Part shown: in pieces, positions 21,525 through 32,128 of the stretch
How positions within the stretch are numbered: the first letter of the stretch is position 1
How the letters are laid out: every line of letters starts with the position of its first letter
DNA from: Octopus bimaculoides
Lineage: Eukaryota
Assembly (NCBI RefSeq): GCF_001194135.2
Contig: NC_069005.1
Coordinates: forward strand, 9,651,301 to 9,683,616
DNA length: 32,316 nt
Direction: 5' to 3'
Program-made: the position numbers and the translations under genes
The notes under the pieces: model-generated
What the model was told of the DNA's origin: nothing
What the model saw: only the letters and a program-made list of their open reading frames with translations
Database searches by the model: none

Positions 21525-22099
21525 GTCTGTCTGTCTGTGAATCTATCTTTAGTGTGTGTGAAAAAGAGAGTGACTGTGTGTACATGAGAAAGAGAAGTGA
21601 ATGGACTTCGTGCTTGTGTGAATAGAATGTTTGTGTCAAAAAGTGAATGAGTATATATATGTGTGTGTTTGTGTGTGTGTGTGTGTGTGAGTGAGTGAGA
21701 AAGAAAGGTTGAGTATATAATGGAGAGAGAGAGAAAAGCACTATTTTTTTGCTTAGTTGCATTCTTCATCTACAATGCTTCAACCAAAGTTGATAATACT
21801 TGTCTATCCTCTTATCTCCAAGAAGAACGGTAAGATTCTTCAATTCTCCTCACATGAAATCAACAAAAAGAACTTTTCTACCAATCCTACAATGGATTAT
21901 TATATGTCTATGCCAGAGTGTCAGATAAACATTTCACCTTAAAAAATAAAATTCTTAACCAAAGCAGGTGTTGATCTTGTAAAGAAAAGGTAATGCCGCT
22001 GGACATTACTGTCTTTGAGTCTGAGAACTTATAGAATGGTTATTCTGTTTTGATGGTTTATAAGTGACCATGATCACATTCCTCTTGTATTGTACCACA

Positions 22100-22400
22100 T
22101 TATCATCATCATCATTTAGAGTCCATTTTCCATGCTGGCATGGGTTAGAAGGCTTGACTGGAATTGGGAAGCTGGAGAGCTCTACTAGGCTCCAGTAGTC
22201 TGGTTTGGCTTGGTTTCTATGACTGAATGCCCTTCCAAATGCCAACCACTCCCAGAGTGTAGTGGATACCTTTTATGTGCCACCAGCACAGGTGGCTTAC
22301 AAGTGTCACTGGCATGAGTGCTTTTTATGTCACCACTATGGGTGCCTTTTACGTGTCACCAGCCAAGGTACCTTATATGTGTCACTGGCACGAGTGCCAT
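22100..22400 (-). mobile_element. Diverged family D element with tandem units and (GAT)n tail
   Basis: catcatcatcatttagagtccattttccatgctggcatgggtt...gcccttccaaatgccaaccactc, followed by repeated ttttatgtgccacc units. Confidence 0.75.
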
Positions 22401-23000
22401 TTATTATTGCAGACCAAGAGTGGCTGATTGCTTTTGCTTCATCCACCATGCATCTTTCCAGGTCTTCTTAGGTAAAGTTACCTTCTCGAGTCGCACCGAC
22501 TCATAGGGCTGGTTTCTTGGTTTGCATGGCGTATATATCCCCCACCTGGATGGGACGCCAATCCATCACAAGATTACTCACATTTGCCAGCTGAGTGGAC
22601 TGCAGCAACATGAAATGAAGTGATTTGCTCAAGAACACAACACATCACCCGGACCAGGAATCAAAACCACAATCTTACAATCATGAGTCCAACACCCTAA
22701 CCACTAAGCCATGCACCTCCACAGGTCTTCTTAAGTCATCCAGCTTCCTTCTTTCCTTCAGGTTGCCAATTTAACACTTGTCTTGCAATGCTGCCTGGAG
22801 GTCTCCTTAGAAGGTAACCGATCCAGCTCCTTTTCCTTTACAGAATTTCTTGATTGATGAGAGCTTGGTCCATTCTATCCCATGAAGTACTGTTTGAAAT
22901 TTTGTTTGACCCCCAAATTTTGAGGGTCTGGCACAGGTATTTGTCGGTTCATCCATTGATTTTAGTCTGTAATACTTGGTAATGCTCAGGTAAAGCAAAC
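22401..23000 (-). pseudogene. RTE-clade LINE ORF2 C-terminal relic, interrupted by a SINE
   Basis: Minus frame reads DKYLCQTLKIWGSNKISNSTSWDRMDQALINQEIL*RKRSWIGYLLRRPPGSIARQVLNWQPEGKKEAG*LKKTW and, after the SINE and a frameshift, CMVDEAKAISHSW. This matches the recalled RTE pattern CLRRIL.I.WP.KISN..LW.R..Q..I..EI..RKW.WIGH.LR.P..SI.RQAL.W.P.GKR..GRP..TW. Confidence 0.85.
22471..22721 (-). mobile_element. tRNA-derived SINE family C with 12-bp TSD
   Basis: Reverse complement of the 2336-2560 body. caggtcttctta is duplicated at 22459-22470 and 22722-22733. Confidence 0.9.
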
Positions 23001-23088
23001 GGAAAGAGCAAGTTATTTGAGCTTTTGGTGAGGATGATGATCAGGGATAGACACAAATGGGATAAAGGAACTCCCTCTCTCTTTAGGG

Positions 23089-23089
<1 letters not shown>

Positions 23090-23128
<39 letters not shown>

Positions 23129-23419
23129 AAGGCATTATGCATATGTACATGTGTGTATGTGTGTGTGTGTGTCTGTGGAATGTGTGCATGTGTATGTGTG
23201 TGTGAGGAAGGCATTATGTATATGTGCATATGTACATGAGTGTGTGTGTGGAATAGTATGTGTGTGTGTGTGTATGTGGAATGTGTATGTATATGTGTGT
23301 GTGGAATAGTGTGTGTGTGTGTGTGAGGCAGTTAGATGGAGATTGAGTGTGAGGAAGGCATTATATATATGTGCATATGTACATGTGTGTGTGTGTGTGT
23401 TATTTCTTTACTACCCACA
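23090..23419. repeat. (TG)-rich degenerate minisatellite with recurrent gtgaggaaggcattat and gtggaat blocks
   Basis: Three copies of gtgaggaaggcattat, near 23122, 23202 and 23348. Confidence 0.85.
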
Positions 23420-23985
23420 NNNNNNNNNNNNNNNNNNNNNNNNNNNNNNNNNNNNNNNNNNNNNNNNNNNNNNNNNNNNNNNNNNNNNNNNNNNNNNNNN
23501 NNNNNNNNNNNNNNNNNNNNNNNNNNNNNNNNNNNNNNNNNNNNNNNNNNNNNNNNNNNNNNNNNNNNNNNNNNNNNNNNNNNNNNNNNNNNNNNNNNNN
23601 NNNNNNNNNNNNNNNNNNNNNNNNNNNNNNNNNNNNNNNNNNNNNNNNNNNNNNNNNNNNNNNNNNNNNNNNNNNNNNNNNNNNNNNNNNNNNNNNNNNN
23701 NNNNNNNNNNNNNNNNNNNNNNNNNNNNNNNNNNNNNNNNNNNNNNNNNNNNNNNNNNNNNNNNNNNNNNNNNNNNNNNNNNNNNNNNNNNNNNNNNNNN
23801 NNNNNNNNNNNNNNNNNNNNNNNNNNNNNNNNNNNNNNNNNNNNNNNNNNNNNNNNNNNNNNNNNNNNNNNNNNNNNNNNNNNNNNNNNNNNNNNNNNNN
23901 NNNNNNNNNNNNNNNNNNNNNNNNNNNNNNNNNNNNNNNNNNNNNNNNNNNNNNNNNNNNNNNNNNNNNNNNNNNNNNNNNNNNN

Positions 23986-24078
23986 CTCTCTCTCTCATTC
24001 ACTGTTTCATCCTCTCACCTCTTTGTCTCTGTTTCTCTCTCTCTATCTCACTATCTCACTGTTTCTACCTCATACCTC

Positions 24079-24109
<31 letters not shown>

Positions 24110-24276
24110 GTCTGTCTGTCTCTCTCTTTCTCACACTCTCTGCCTCTCACCACGCTCTTTTTTTCCCTCACTGCCTGCCTCTCACCACTCTCTTTTTTCT
24201 CTCTCTTTCTGTCTCTTTGTCTTACTCTGTCTTTCTTTCTCATTGTCTCTGCCTCTCTCTTTCCTCTCTCTATCTC

Positions 24277-24321
<45 letters not shown>

Positions 24322-24530
24322 TTCTCATTATTTTTGCCAGTCACCTCTCTCACTCTCTCTCTCGCTCTCACTCTCTCTCTCGCTCTCACTTTTTCTTTCT
24401 TTTTTCTTTCTTTCTTTCTATCTTTCCTTCTCTTTCTCTTTTTCTGTCTGTCTCCCCCCTCTCTCTCACTTTGTCTCTCTCTCCCCTTCTATCTCCCCTC
24501 CCCTCCCTCTCCCTTCATTTCACACCACCT
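23986..24530. repeat. (TC)-rich polypyrimidine tract
   Basis: Directly visible. Confidence 0.95.
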
Positions 24531-24589
24531 CTTTGAAGTGTCTAAAGATTATTTCTCAGTCTGTGTTGATTAATTACAACATGTAAGGT

Positions 24590-24980
24590 TGTAAAGGGGT
24601 GGGGTGGAGGTTGTTGCCATGGTGGTAGTGGTGAGGATAGTACTGGCGGTAGTGGCAGTGGTGATAGTAGCAATGGTGGTAGTAGTGATAGCATTGGTTG
24701 TGGTGGTGGCAGTAGTAGTCAGTGGTAGTGGTGTTAGTTGTGGTGATGATGGTGATGATGTTAGAGATGCTAGTTTTGGTGGCAGTAGTAGTGGTGGTGA
24801 AAGTGGTAGTTCCAGTCGTGGCAGTGATGGTAATAGTACCACTTGTGGCACGGGCGGTGTTGATAGTGGTGGAGATGCTGGTTGTGGCGGTGGTACTAGT
24901 AGTGGTGGTGGTGGTAGTAGTAGTAGTAGTAGTTGTAGTAGTGGAAGTGGCAGTACCAGTTGTGGTGGTGGTGATGGTTA
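24590..24980. repeat. (GGT)/(AGT) low-complexity tract
   Basis: Directly visible. Confidence 0.92.
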
Positions 24981-24989
24981 GGTTTTTTT

Positions 24990-25190
24990 TTTTATCTTTG
25001 ATATTTGTCACAGTCATTAAATTGTGGCCATGCTGGGGTACCGCCTTGAAGAAATTTAGTTGGATGAATCGAGCCCAGCATTTTTTTTTTAAAGCCTGCT
25101 GCTTATTATATCAGTCTGTTTTGGCACCCTGCTAGACTACAGCAACACTGGGTGTCAAATGGTGGTGGGTGCCAAACATGGACACAAATT
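24990..25190 (-). mobile_element. Highly diverged SINE family A-like 3' half
   Basis: cagtcattaaattgtggccatgctggggtaccgcctt...gggtgtcaaatggtgg. Confidence 0.6.
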
Positions 25191-25354
25191 CACACGAAGT
25201 GGATGTTTCTATGTGGCCTGCTTGTTTGTTGCACCTTGTTTACCATTTTGTCCTCGTTCTTTTGCCACGTCATGTACCCAGTTATGTATCTATATGTACA
25301 TGTAGATGAACGTATATACATACATGTACATATATATGCATATACTCATATATT

Positions 25355-25392
<38 letters not shown>

Positions 25393-25682
25393 ACTCTGTT
25401 ACTTGTTTCAGGACTTATTTTTTGTAAGCCTAGTANNNNNNNNNNGAAGTTACGGGGACGTAAACACATCAGCATTGGTTGTCATGTGATGTTGGGGGGG
25501 GGGACACACAGACACACAAACATATACACAAAAATACATATGTATATATATACATATATACGACGATCTTTCAGTTTCCATCTACCAAATCCCGATGCTA
25601 TAGTAGAAGACACTTGCCCAAGGTGTCACGCAGTGGGACTGAACCCGGAATCATGTGGTTCGTAAGCAAGCTACTTACCACG
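25393..25682 (-). mobile_element. SINE family A with internal deletions
   Basis: Head gcagtgggactgaacccggaatcatgtggttcgtaagcaagctacttacc. Body as 5779-6185. Confidence 0.85.
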
Positions 25683-26026
25683 AAGTATAAGGAAGGGAAA
25701 ATTGTAGGTGTAGACGATCTTTAATTCATAATCCAAGTTGGTACAGAACCAATACACATTCTACAAATTGTTTCAAAGTCTAATTTATTGCAAAGACAAA
25801 AACGAAAAACTCTTCTTGAAATAAAAATTAGATACTTTGTCAGGAATTACATACTGTTTGACATCCCTTTGAAGAATTTCGGTCCTCACCTCTTTTATAT
25901 ATATATATATATGTATATATTGTTGTATTTGGGGAGTGTCATGTTGCCATTTTAGGCAATAAAAACATATGCACTGTATATTTGGTGTTAATTTGCTTCA
26001 GTTTTATTTTATATTTATCATATTTC

Positions 26027-26070
26027 GGCCAGAGTTCTTTCGTCACACTTCCGTGACCTCATCAGTGGTC
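26027..26070 (-). ncRNA. Minimal type I hammerhead ribozyme motif
   Basis: Minus strand GACCA-CTGATGA-G-GTCAC-GGAAGT-GTGAC-GAAA-G-AA-CTC-TGGCC: canonical core, perfect 5-bp stem II, CUC triplet, stem I 4/5 paired. Confidence 0.65.
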
Positions 26071-26185
26071 CTTTGCTTTCTTCTTTCCTATTTGTGTGTC
26101 TTTCCTTACTAACGACCAGCCATTTTGTGTTTTGTATTATCTTGCAAAACGAATATACATATATATATATATATATGTATACATG

Positions 26186-26461
26186 TGTCTTTCCGTTTCC
26201 ATCTACTAAATCCACTCTCAAGGATTTGGTCTGCCCAGGGCTTTAGTAGAAGACACTTACCTAAGGTGCCACGCAGTGGACTGAACCTGGAGCCATGTGA
26301 TTGAGAACAACCATGTGAGAGGCTTCTTTCACTCACAAGGAATTGCTTGGCCTGATGGTATATAGTAGAAGACACTTGCTCAAGGTGCCATGCAGTGAGT
26401 CTGAACCTGGAACCATGTGGTTTGGAACCAAACTTCTTACCACACAGCCACATCTGCACCT
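26186..26461 (-). mobile_element. Two tandem diverged SINE family A head halves
   Basis: tagtagaagacactt(a/g)c(c/t)(t/c)aaggtgcca(c/t)gcagtg..ctgaacctgga occurs twice (about 26244 and 26363). Confidence 0.8.
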
Positions 26462-26469
26462 ATTTGGTG

Positions 26470-26722
26470 TTCAAGGTGGTGGTGGTGGTGGTGATGGCAA
26501 CAGTGATGATTGTGTTTATGGTTGTCGTGGTAGCAGTGATGGTGGTGGTGGTACTGGTGTTTTGTAATAATGGCGGTTGGTGGTTGTGAAGTTGGTGGTA
26601 GTGTCTATAGTAGTGGTGGTGGTGGTGGTGGTGATGGCAACAGTGATGATTGTGTTTATGGTTGTCGTGGTAGCAGTGATGGTGGTGGTGGTACTGGTGT
26701 TTTGTAATAATGGCGGTTGGTG
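26470..26722. repeat. (GGT)-rich tract containing an exact ~107-bp direct duplication at 140-bp offset
   Basis: 26491-26582 is identical to 26631-26722. The second copy abuts an N-gap. Confidence 0.9.
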
Positions 26723-27096
26723 NNNNNNNNNNNNNNNNNNNNNNNNNNNNNNNNNNNNNNNNNNNNNNNNNNNNNNNNNNNNNNNNNNNNNNNNNNNNNN
26801 NNNNNNNNNNNNNNNNNNNNNNNNNNNNNNNNNNNNNNNNNNNNNNNNNNNNNNNNNNNNNNNNNNNNNNNNNNNNNNNNNGGTGGTGGTGGTCCTTTCA
26901 ACAATGTTCTCAAGAAATCAGATATGTTGAAGCATAATTTCTTTTTCAAAGCTTTTATCATTTTTCGTTTGATATTTTTTTTTTCAATTTTTTGCATAAT
27001 TAAATTAAAGCAGCACTTTTCTAATTTCTTACCTGATAATTAGATAGTTTCAGAAATGTCAAATGGGATTCAAATACCAGGCAACAGTAGCAACAC

Positions 27097-27097
<1 letters not shown>

Positions 27098-27137
<40 letters not shown>

Positions 27138-27145
27138 ATCGATCG

Positions 27146-27182
<37 letters not shown>

Positions 27183-27400
27183 TGTATCTCTATTTTTCTA
27201 TCTATCTATCTTATTTATCTGTCTGTCTATCTATCTATCTATCTATTTGCCTGTCTGTCTGTCTGTCTGTCTGTTGATCGATCAGTCTGTCTGTCTGTCT
27301 GTCTTCCTCTTTGTTTATTTGTCTGTCTATCTATCTATCAGTACACCTGTCTATCTACCTACCTATCTGTCCATCCATCCACTCATCAATGTATCTCTTT
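27098..27400. repeat. (TCTG)/(TCTA) tetranucleotide microsatellite
   Basis: Directly visible. Confidence 0.95.
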
Positions 27401-28455
27401 TTTCTCCTTCTCACCTCTCACAAACACACACATATTCACTCCTCTGTCTGTCCATCTACTCCTTTCTCTACCCATCTGTCCACCAGTCTGTGAGTGCATG
27501 AAAGGGCATAAAATAAATACAAACGCTAGTAAATACACAGAAATGGTTTACACTTGCACAGGTATATATATGCATAATTGTTCAAAAATACACAGAAGCA
27601 AAAAACAAAAGAAGACTGTCTCATGCTGCTTTTCTGCAGAAATACCTATCTTTCTCCTATTAAAATCCTAACTATCATATTTCCCAGCACACAAATCCAC
27701 ATAGTAAATAGTGAAAACTTGTATGGTAAACATGTGAACATCATCTCATTGTTTCAAAATCCTGTAACATTTTGCATGGAATTTTTTCTCCACTTAGTAT
27801 ATAAGTGAACTTAACTTTCTTGGCTGTAAATTTTGATCTGAAAAATTTGACTTGTTCACCAGAAAATATGGTGAGTTATTCCATAACTTAGACACCTTAG
27901 ATATGTTTTGGCCAAAGATTGGCTTAGACCATGTCTAACTTAATAGCACTATCTAATAGAATCGGTTAAATAATTTTAAGTCAAGGTTTGTGGTATCATG
28001 GTCCATTCAAGTAGGGAGTTGTTGTTGACTGAGATATGTAAACAGATAAATGTATAAGATTCAATGTTTCATAAAAATATCTTTTTAATATCATATGCAC
28101 CATAACGTAATTAATTAAAAATGGCAATCTAAATTAAAATGTTCTTTAATTTTGGCAAATCCTTTTTGGATTGCTTTCTGTAATTAACTTTGCACTGAGA
28201 CACAGGGATACAAAGTTTAGAAGTTTTCTTTGCATTCTGAACTATTTGATGGCTATATTATAGTCAGAATTTATTCATTTAATTCTTTATAAGCTTTCCC
28301 CTGAAGATGTTTCACTTTCAGTTCATTTTAATCACTGATAAAATGATGGAAATTTATTTATATAAATGTGTGATAACTGTAACTTTTGGAAACATATGTA
28401 CAACAGTTATTTAAATATATACTTTTAAATATTATGTGATATTAATCTATGGACA

Positions 28456-28552
28456 TTTTTATGATGTAAACTGATTTTTATGATGTAACCTGATTTTTAT
28501 GATGTAACCTGATTTTTATGATGTAACCTGATTTTTATGATGTAACCTGATT
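28456..28552. repeat. 19-bp minisatellite (ctgatttttatgatgtaac) x about 5
   Basis: Near-identical units read directly. Confidence 0.92.
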
Positions 28553-28971
28553 AACTAGGAGGTGCATTCATAACTCGCATCNNNNNNNNNNNNNNNNNNN
28601 NNNNNNNNNNNNNNNNNNNNNNNNNNNNNNNNNNNNNNNNNNNNNNNNNNNNNNNNNNNNNNNNNNNNNNNNNNNNNNNNNNNNNNNNNNNNNNNNNNNN
28701 NNNNNNNNNNNNNNNNNNNNNNNNNNNNNNNNNNNNNNNNNNNNNNNNNNNNNNNNNNNNNNNNNNNNNNNNNNNNNNNNNNNNNNNNNNNNNNNNNNNN
28801 NNNNNNNNNNNNNNNNNNNNNNNNNNNNNNNNNNNNNNNNNNNNNNNNNNNNNNNNNNNNNNNNNNNNNNNNNNNNNNNNNNNNNNNNNNNNNNNNNNNN
28901 NNNNNNNNNNTTGTGTACTTATGATTGTGCCTGTGTGTGTGTGTGTATATATAAATATATATATATATATA

Positions 28972-29128
28972 TCATCATCATCATCATCGTTTAACGTCCG
29001 CTTTCCATGCTAGCATGGGTTGGACGATTTGACTGAGGACTGGTGAAACCGGATGGCAACACCAGGCTCCAATCTAAATTTGGCAGAGTTTCTACAGCTG
29101 GATGCCCTTTCTAACGCCAACCACTCAG
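28972..29128 (-). mobile_element. Family D RTE-type 3' end with (GAT)n tail
   Basis: Nearly identical to 13850-14000. Confidence 0.9.
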
Positions 29129-29438
29129 AATATATATATATGTATATATATATTTCGTTTTTTCTCTCTTCTTCCATTATTCTGTCCTTTTACTCTTTCG
29201 TTTTCTCTCTACCTTTCTCTTGTTCTTTTGCCTCCTCTTCTCCCACTATTCAACAGAGATGATATTAGAGAGTTAACTATTTCATTTAACTTATTCTATT
29301 TAACATATACATGCTCACACAAGACCTACATTAGACACCCCACTTGTATTATTATTGAACTGAGAGTCTAACTATGATTCTCCTGTAGCACTTACATAGC
29401 CTTACCTGCTATCTTGAGTCTTCTGGATACCAATACCT

Positions 29439-29472
<34 letters not shown>

Positions 29473-29603
29473 NNNNNNNNNNNNNNNNNNNNNNNNNNNN
29501 NNNNNNNNNNNNNNNNNNNNNNNNNNNNNNNNNNNNNNNNNNNNNNNNNNNNNNNNNNNNNNNNNNNNNNNNNNNNNNNNNNNNNNNNNNNNNNNNNNNN
29601 NNN

Positions 29604-29782
29604 AACTATATTCTTGGAGTGGTTGGTGTTAGGAAGGGCATCCAGCTGTAGAAATTCTGCCAAATCAGATTGGACCCTGGTGCAACCGTCTGGTTCACCG
29701 GTCCTCAGTCAAATCGTCCAACCCATGCTAGCATGGAAAGTGGACGTTAAACGATGATGATGATGATGATGATGATGATGAT
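29604..29782 (+). mobile_element. Family D RTE-type 3' end with (GAT)n tail
   Basis: Reverse complement of 28972-29128, ending gttaaacgatgatgatg. Confidence 0.9.
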
Positions 29783-29888
29783 ATTTATATCATATGCATT
29801 GTATGTATTTATGAACATATAAATGCATATACATATGTATTCACACACATGTATGTGTTTACATGTGTAGGCATGTGTGAGTATGTGC

Positions 29889-29954
<66 letters not shown>

Positions 29955-30140
29955 CCANNNNNNNNNNNNNNNNNNNNNNNNNNNNNNNNNNNNNNNNNNN
30001 NNNNNNNNNNNNNNNNNNNNNNNNNNNNNNNNNNNNNNNNNNNNNNNNNNNNNCTACTTCTGAATACTGAAATGCTGACATTACAGTATTTAACTCTGAG
30101 TTTCAGAATGAAGTGGGAAATATTTTTCTTGTGGGCATGT

Positions 30141-30174
<34 letters not shown>

Positions 30175-30468
30175 AAAGAAAACAAAGGCACGAAAGAAAG
30201 AAAGGAGAAAATAACAAACAAGGACTATAAGAACAATAAAAATATAATTATAACAATTAAGATAAAAATGAAAAAAAACATAACAGGAAACCAGAAAGAA
30301 AAGAACAAAAAATAAAGAAACAAAACATCGAAAATTCCCATCATACACTTTGGGGAAGCCAATTTAGAATACTGATGGAGCTGGCTGTCATATAATGCTG
30401 TTATTTAACAGACTTACAAAATAAAAAGTAGTGTGAGTGTGTGTGTGTGGTAGGGTGTTTGTCGTAGA

Positions 30469-30505
<37 letters not shown>

Positions 30506-30604
30506 GGTATTATGCAGTGATGGTGGTTGTATGTTTGTGCAAAGCAGTGGGGAAGGCTGGAGTTATACCTGAGAGAGTATGTAATAGAGAATCTGGTATC
30601 TGAT

Positions 30605-31860
30605 TGCATGTGCATGCACCTGTTTATGCAGGTGCATTAACTGTGGTGTTGTGTTTCTGCATGTACTTGCACCCACCCATTGATGCGATTGCGTTAAATG
30701 CAGTGTGATCTCTCTGCACGCATCCATCCTACCCATGTGTGTCAATTGCATTGGCTGCGGTGCTGTGTTTTTGCTACATGTGCATGCAGCCCAGATATCC
30801 CTGATTCAGGCGATTTCATTAGCATCAGTGATGGCCCCCATGTATGTGACAGCATCAGCTGCTGTGTTGTGTTGCTGTTTACATATGCACCCATTCCTGT
30901 GGCTGCATTTACGGAAGTGTTGCTTGTACATGTGTATCCACCCATGTATGTGGTGGCATCGACTGTAGTGTTGCATTGCTGTGTGCATATGTACCCATCC
31001 ATATGGTTGCATTGACTGCACTGTTGTCTCTGTATGTATGTGCACCCATGCATGTGACTGCATCAACTGCAATGTTGTGTTGCATTTTACATGTGCATTC
31101 ATCCACGTGAGTGTCTTTACTATGGTGTTGTTTCTGCATGTGCTTGTACCTATATATATATGACTGCATCAATTGTTGTATTGTGTTGCAGCCAGTACAT
31201 GCAGCCATTCATGTGGTTGCATTAAACTGCAGTGTTGTTTTTACATGTGATTGCATCCATTCATGTGATGGCACCAACTGTAGAGCTATGTTGCTGTATA
31301 CATGTGCACCAACTCCTGTGGTTGCATTAACTGCAGTGTCGTTTCTTCATGCACTTCATAACTAACAGCATCAACTGCTCTGTTGTGTTCCTGTATGCAT
31401 GTGCACCCACCCATGAGGCTGCATTTACTGCAGTGCTCTTTCTGCCCATGCATATACCTGTATATGTTACTGCACCAACTGATGTTGTGTTGCAATATGC
31501 ACATGCACCCATGCACCCATGCATGTGGTTGCACTGACTGCAATGTTTGTGCAGGTGCATCCATCTATGTATGTGACTACATTAAATGCAATATTGTGCT
31601 TATGAATGCATATGCACTGGGTTTTACTGACTGCATTAACTGTGGTGGTGTGTCTACATGTGCATGCACCTATGAATACGATTGCATAGAATGTGGTGTT
31701 CTGTTCTATGTGCACACGCCTGTTAACTCTTCTAACAAGTGTTTCACTTCTATATATGTGTGTCTTTTGTTGTGATTGCATAAACTGAGATGTTGTTTCT
31801 GATTCTGTCTGCATCTTTTTCTGTAACTGCACTGACTACAATGTTGTGTTTCTGCTAATA
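30605..31860. repeat. Old diverged minisatellite, about 52-56-bp period, about 20 or more units, TGCA-rich
   Basis: Anchor cat(t/c)(a/g)actgc(a/t)gtgttg recurs near 30852, 30906, 30957, 31009, 31061, 31167, 31220, 31272, 31326 and further positions. Confidence 0.85.
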
Positions 31861-32128
31861 TGCAACCATTTAATATTTTAATCTGATAGGGAAAGAGAGA
31901 GAGAGAGAGAGAGAGGCAGAGAGAGAGAGGGAGAGAGCAGTTCCTTTATTTGCTCTTTATGGTTGGGGTGATCTTGGAGCTGTGTGATATCTTTATTGGC
32001 TTTAGTTGAAGCCCCAACCCTACTGTATTAAAATAACTATCAATCATGTATTTATATACTTGTGTATTTATAGACAGACAGAGAGACAGATAGATAGATA
32101 TATATATAGTTGTATATATATATATATA

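Noticed and set aside
21757-21829. Possible 73-nt exon with gtaaga donor
   Set aside because: No recognised homology. The opposite strand weakly resembles a decayed RTE C-terminus (DRQVLSTLVEAL), so neither reading is supportable.
22762-22936. Apparent + strand exons (22762-22813 and 22844-22936) with good acceptors
   Set aside because: They lie on the antisense strand of an RTE LINE relic. The second has stops in all frames and the implied intron is only 30 nt.
29028-29060. CTGAGGA...GAAAC within family D tails (a related motif occurs near 13903)
   Set aside because: Only 5 nt between core halves with no stem II, no NUH triplet, and it is antisense to the element.
30563-31832. Cys/His-rich ORFs as metal-binding or zinc-finger proteins
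   Set aside because: Produced by a TGCA-rich minisatellite, overlapping in many frames on both strands, without C2H2 spacing.
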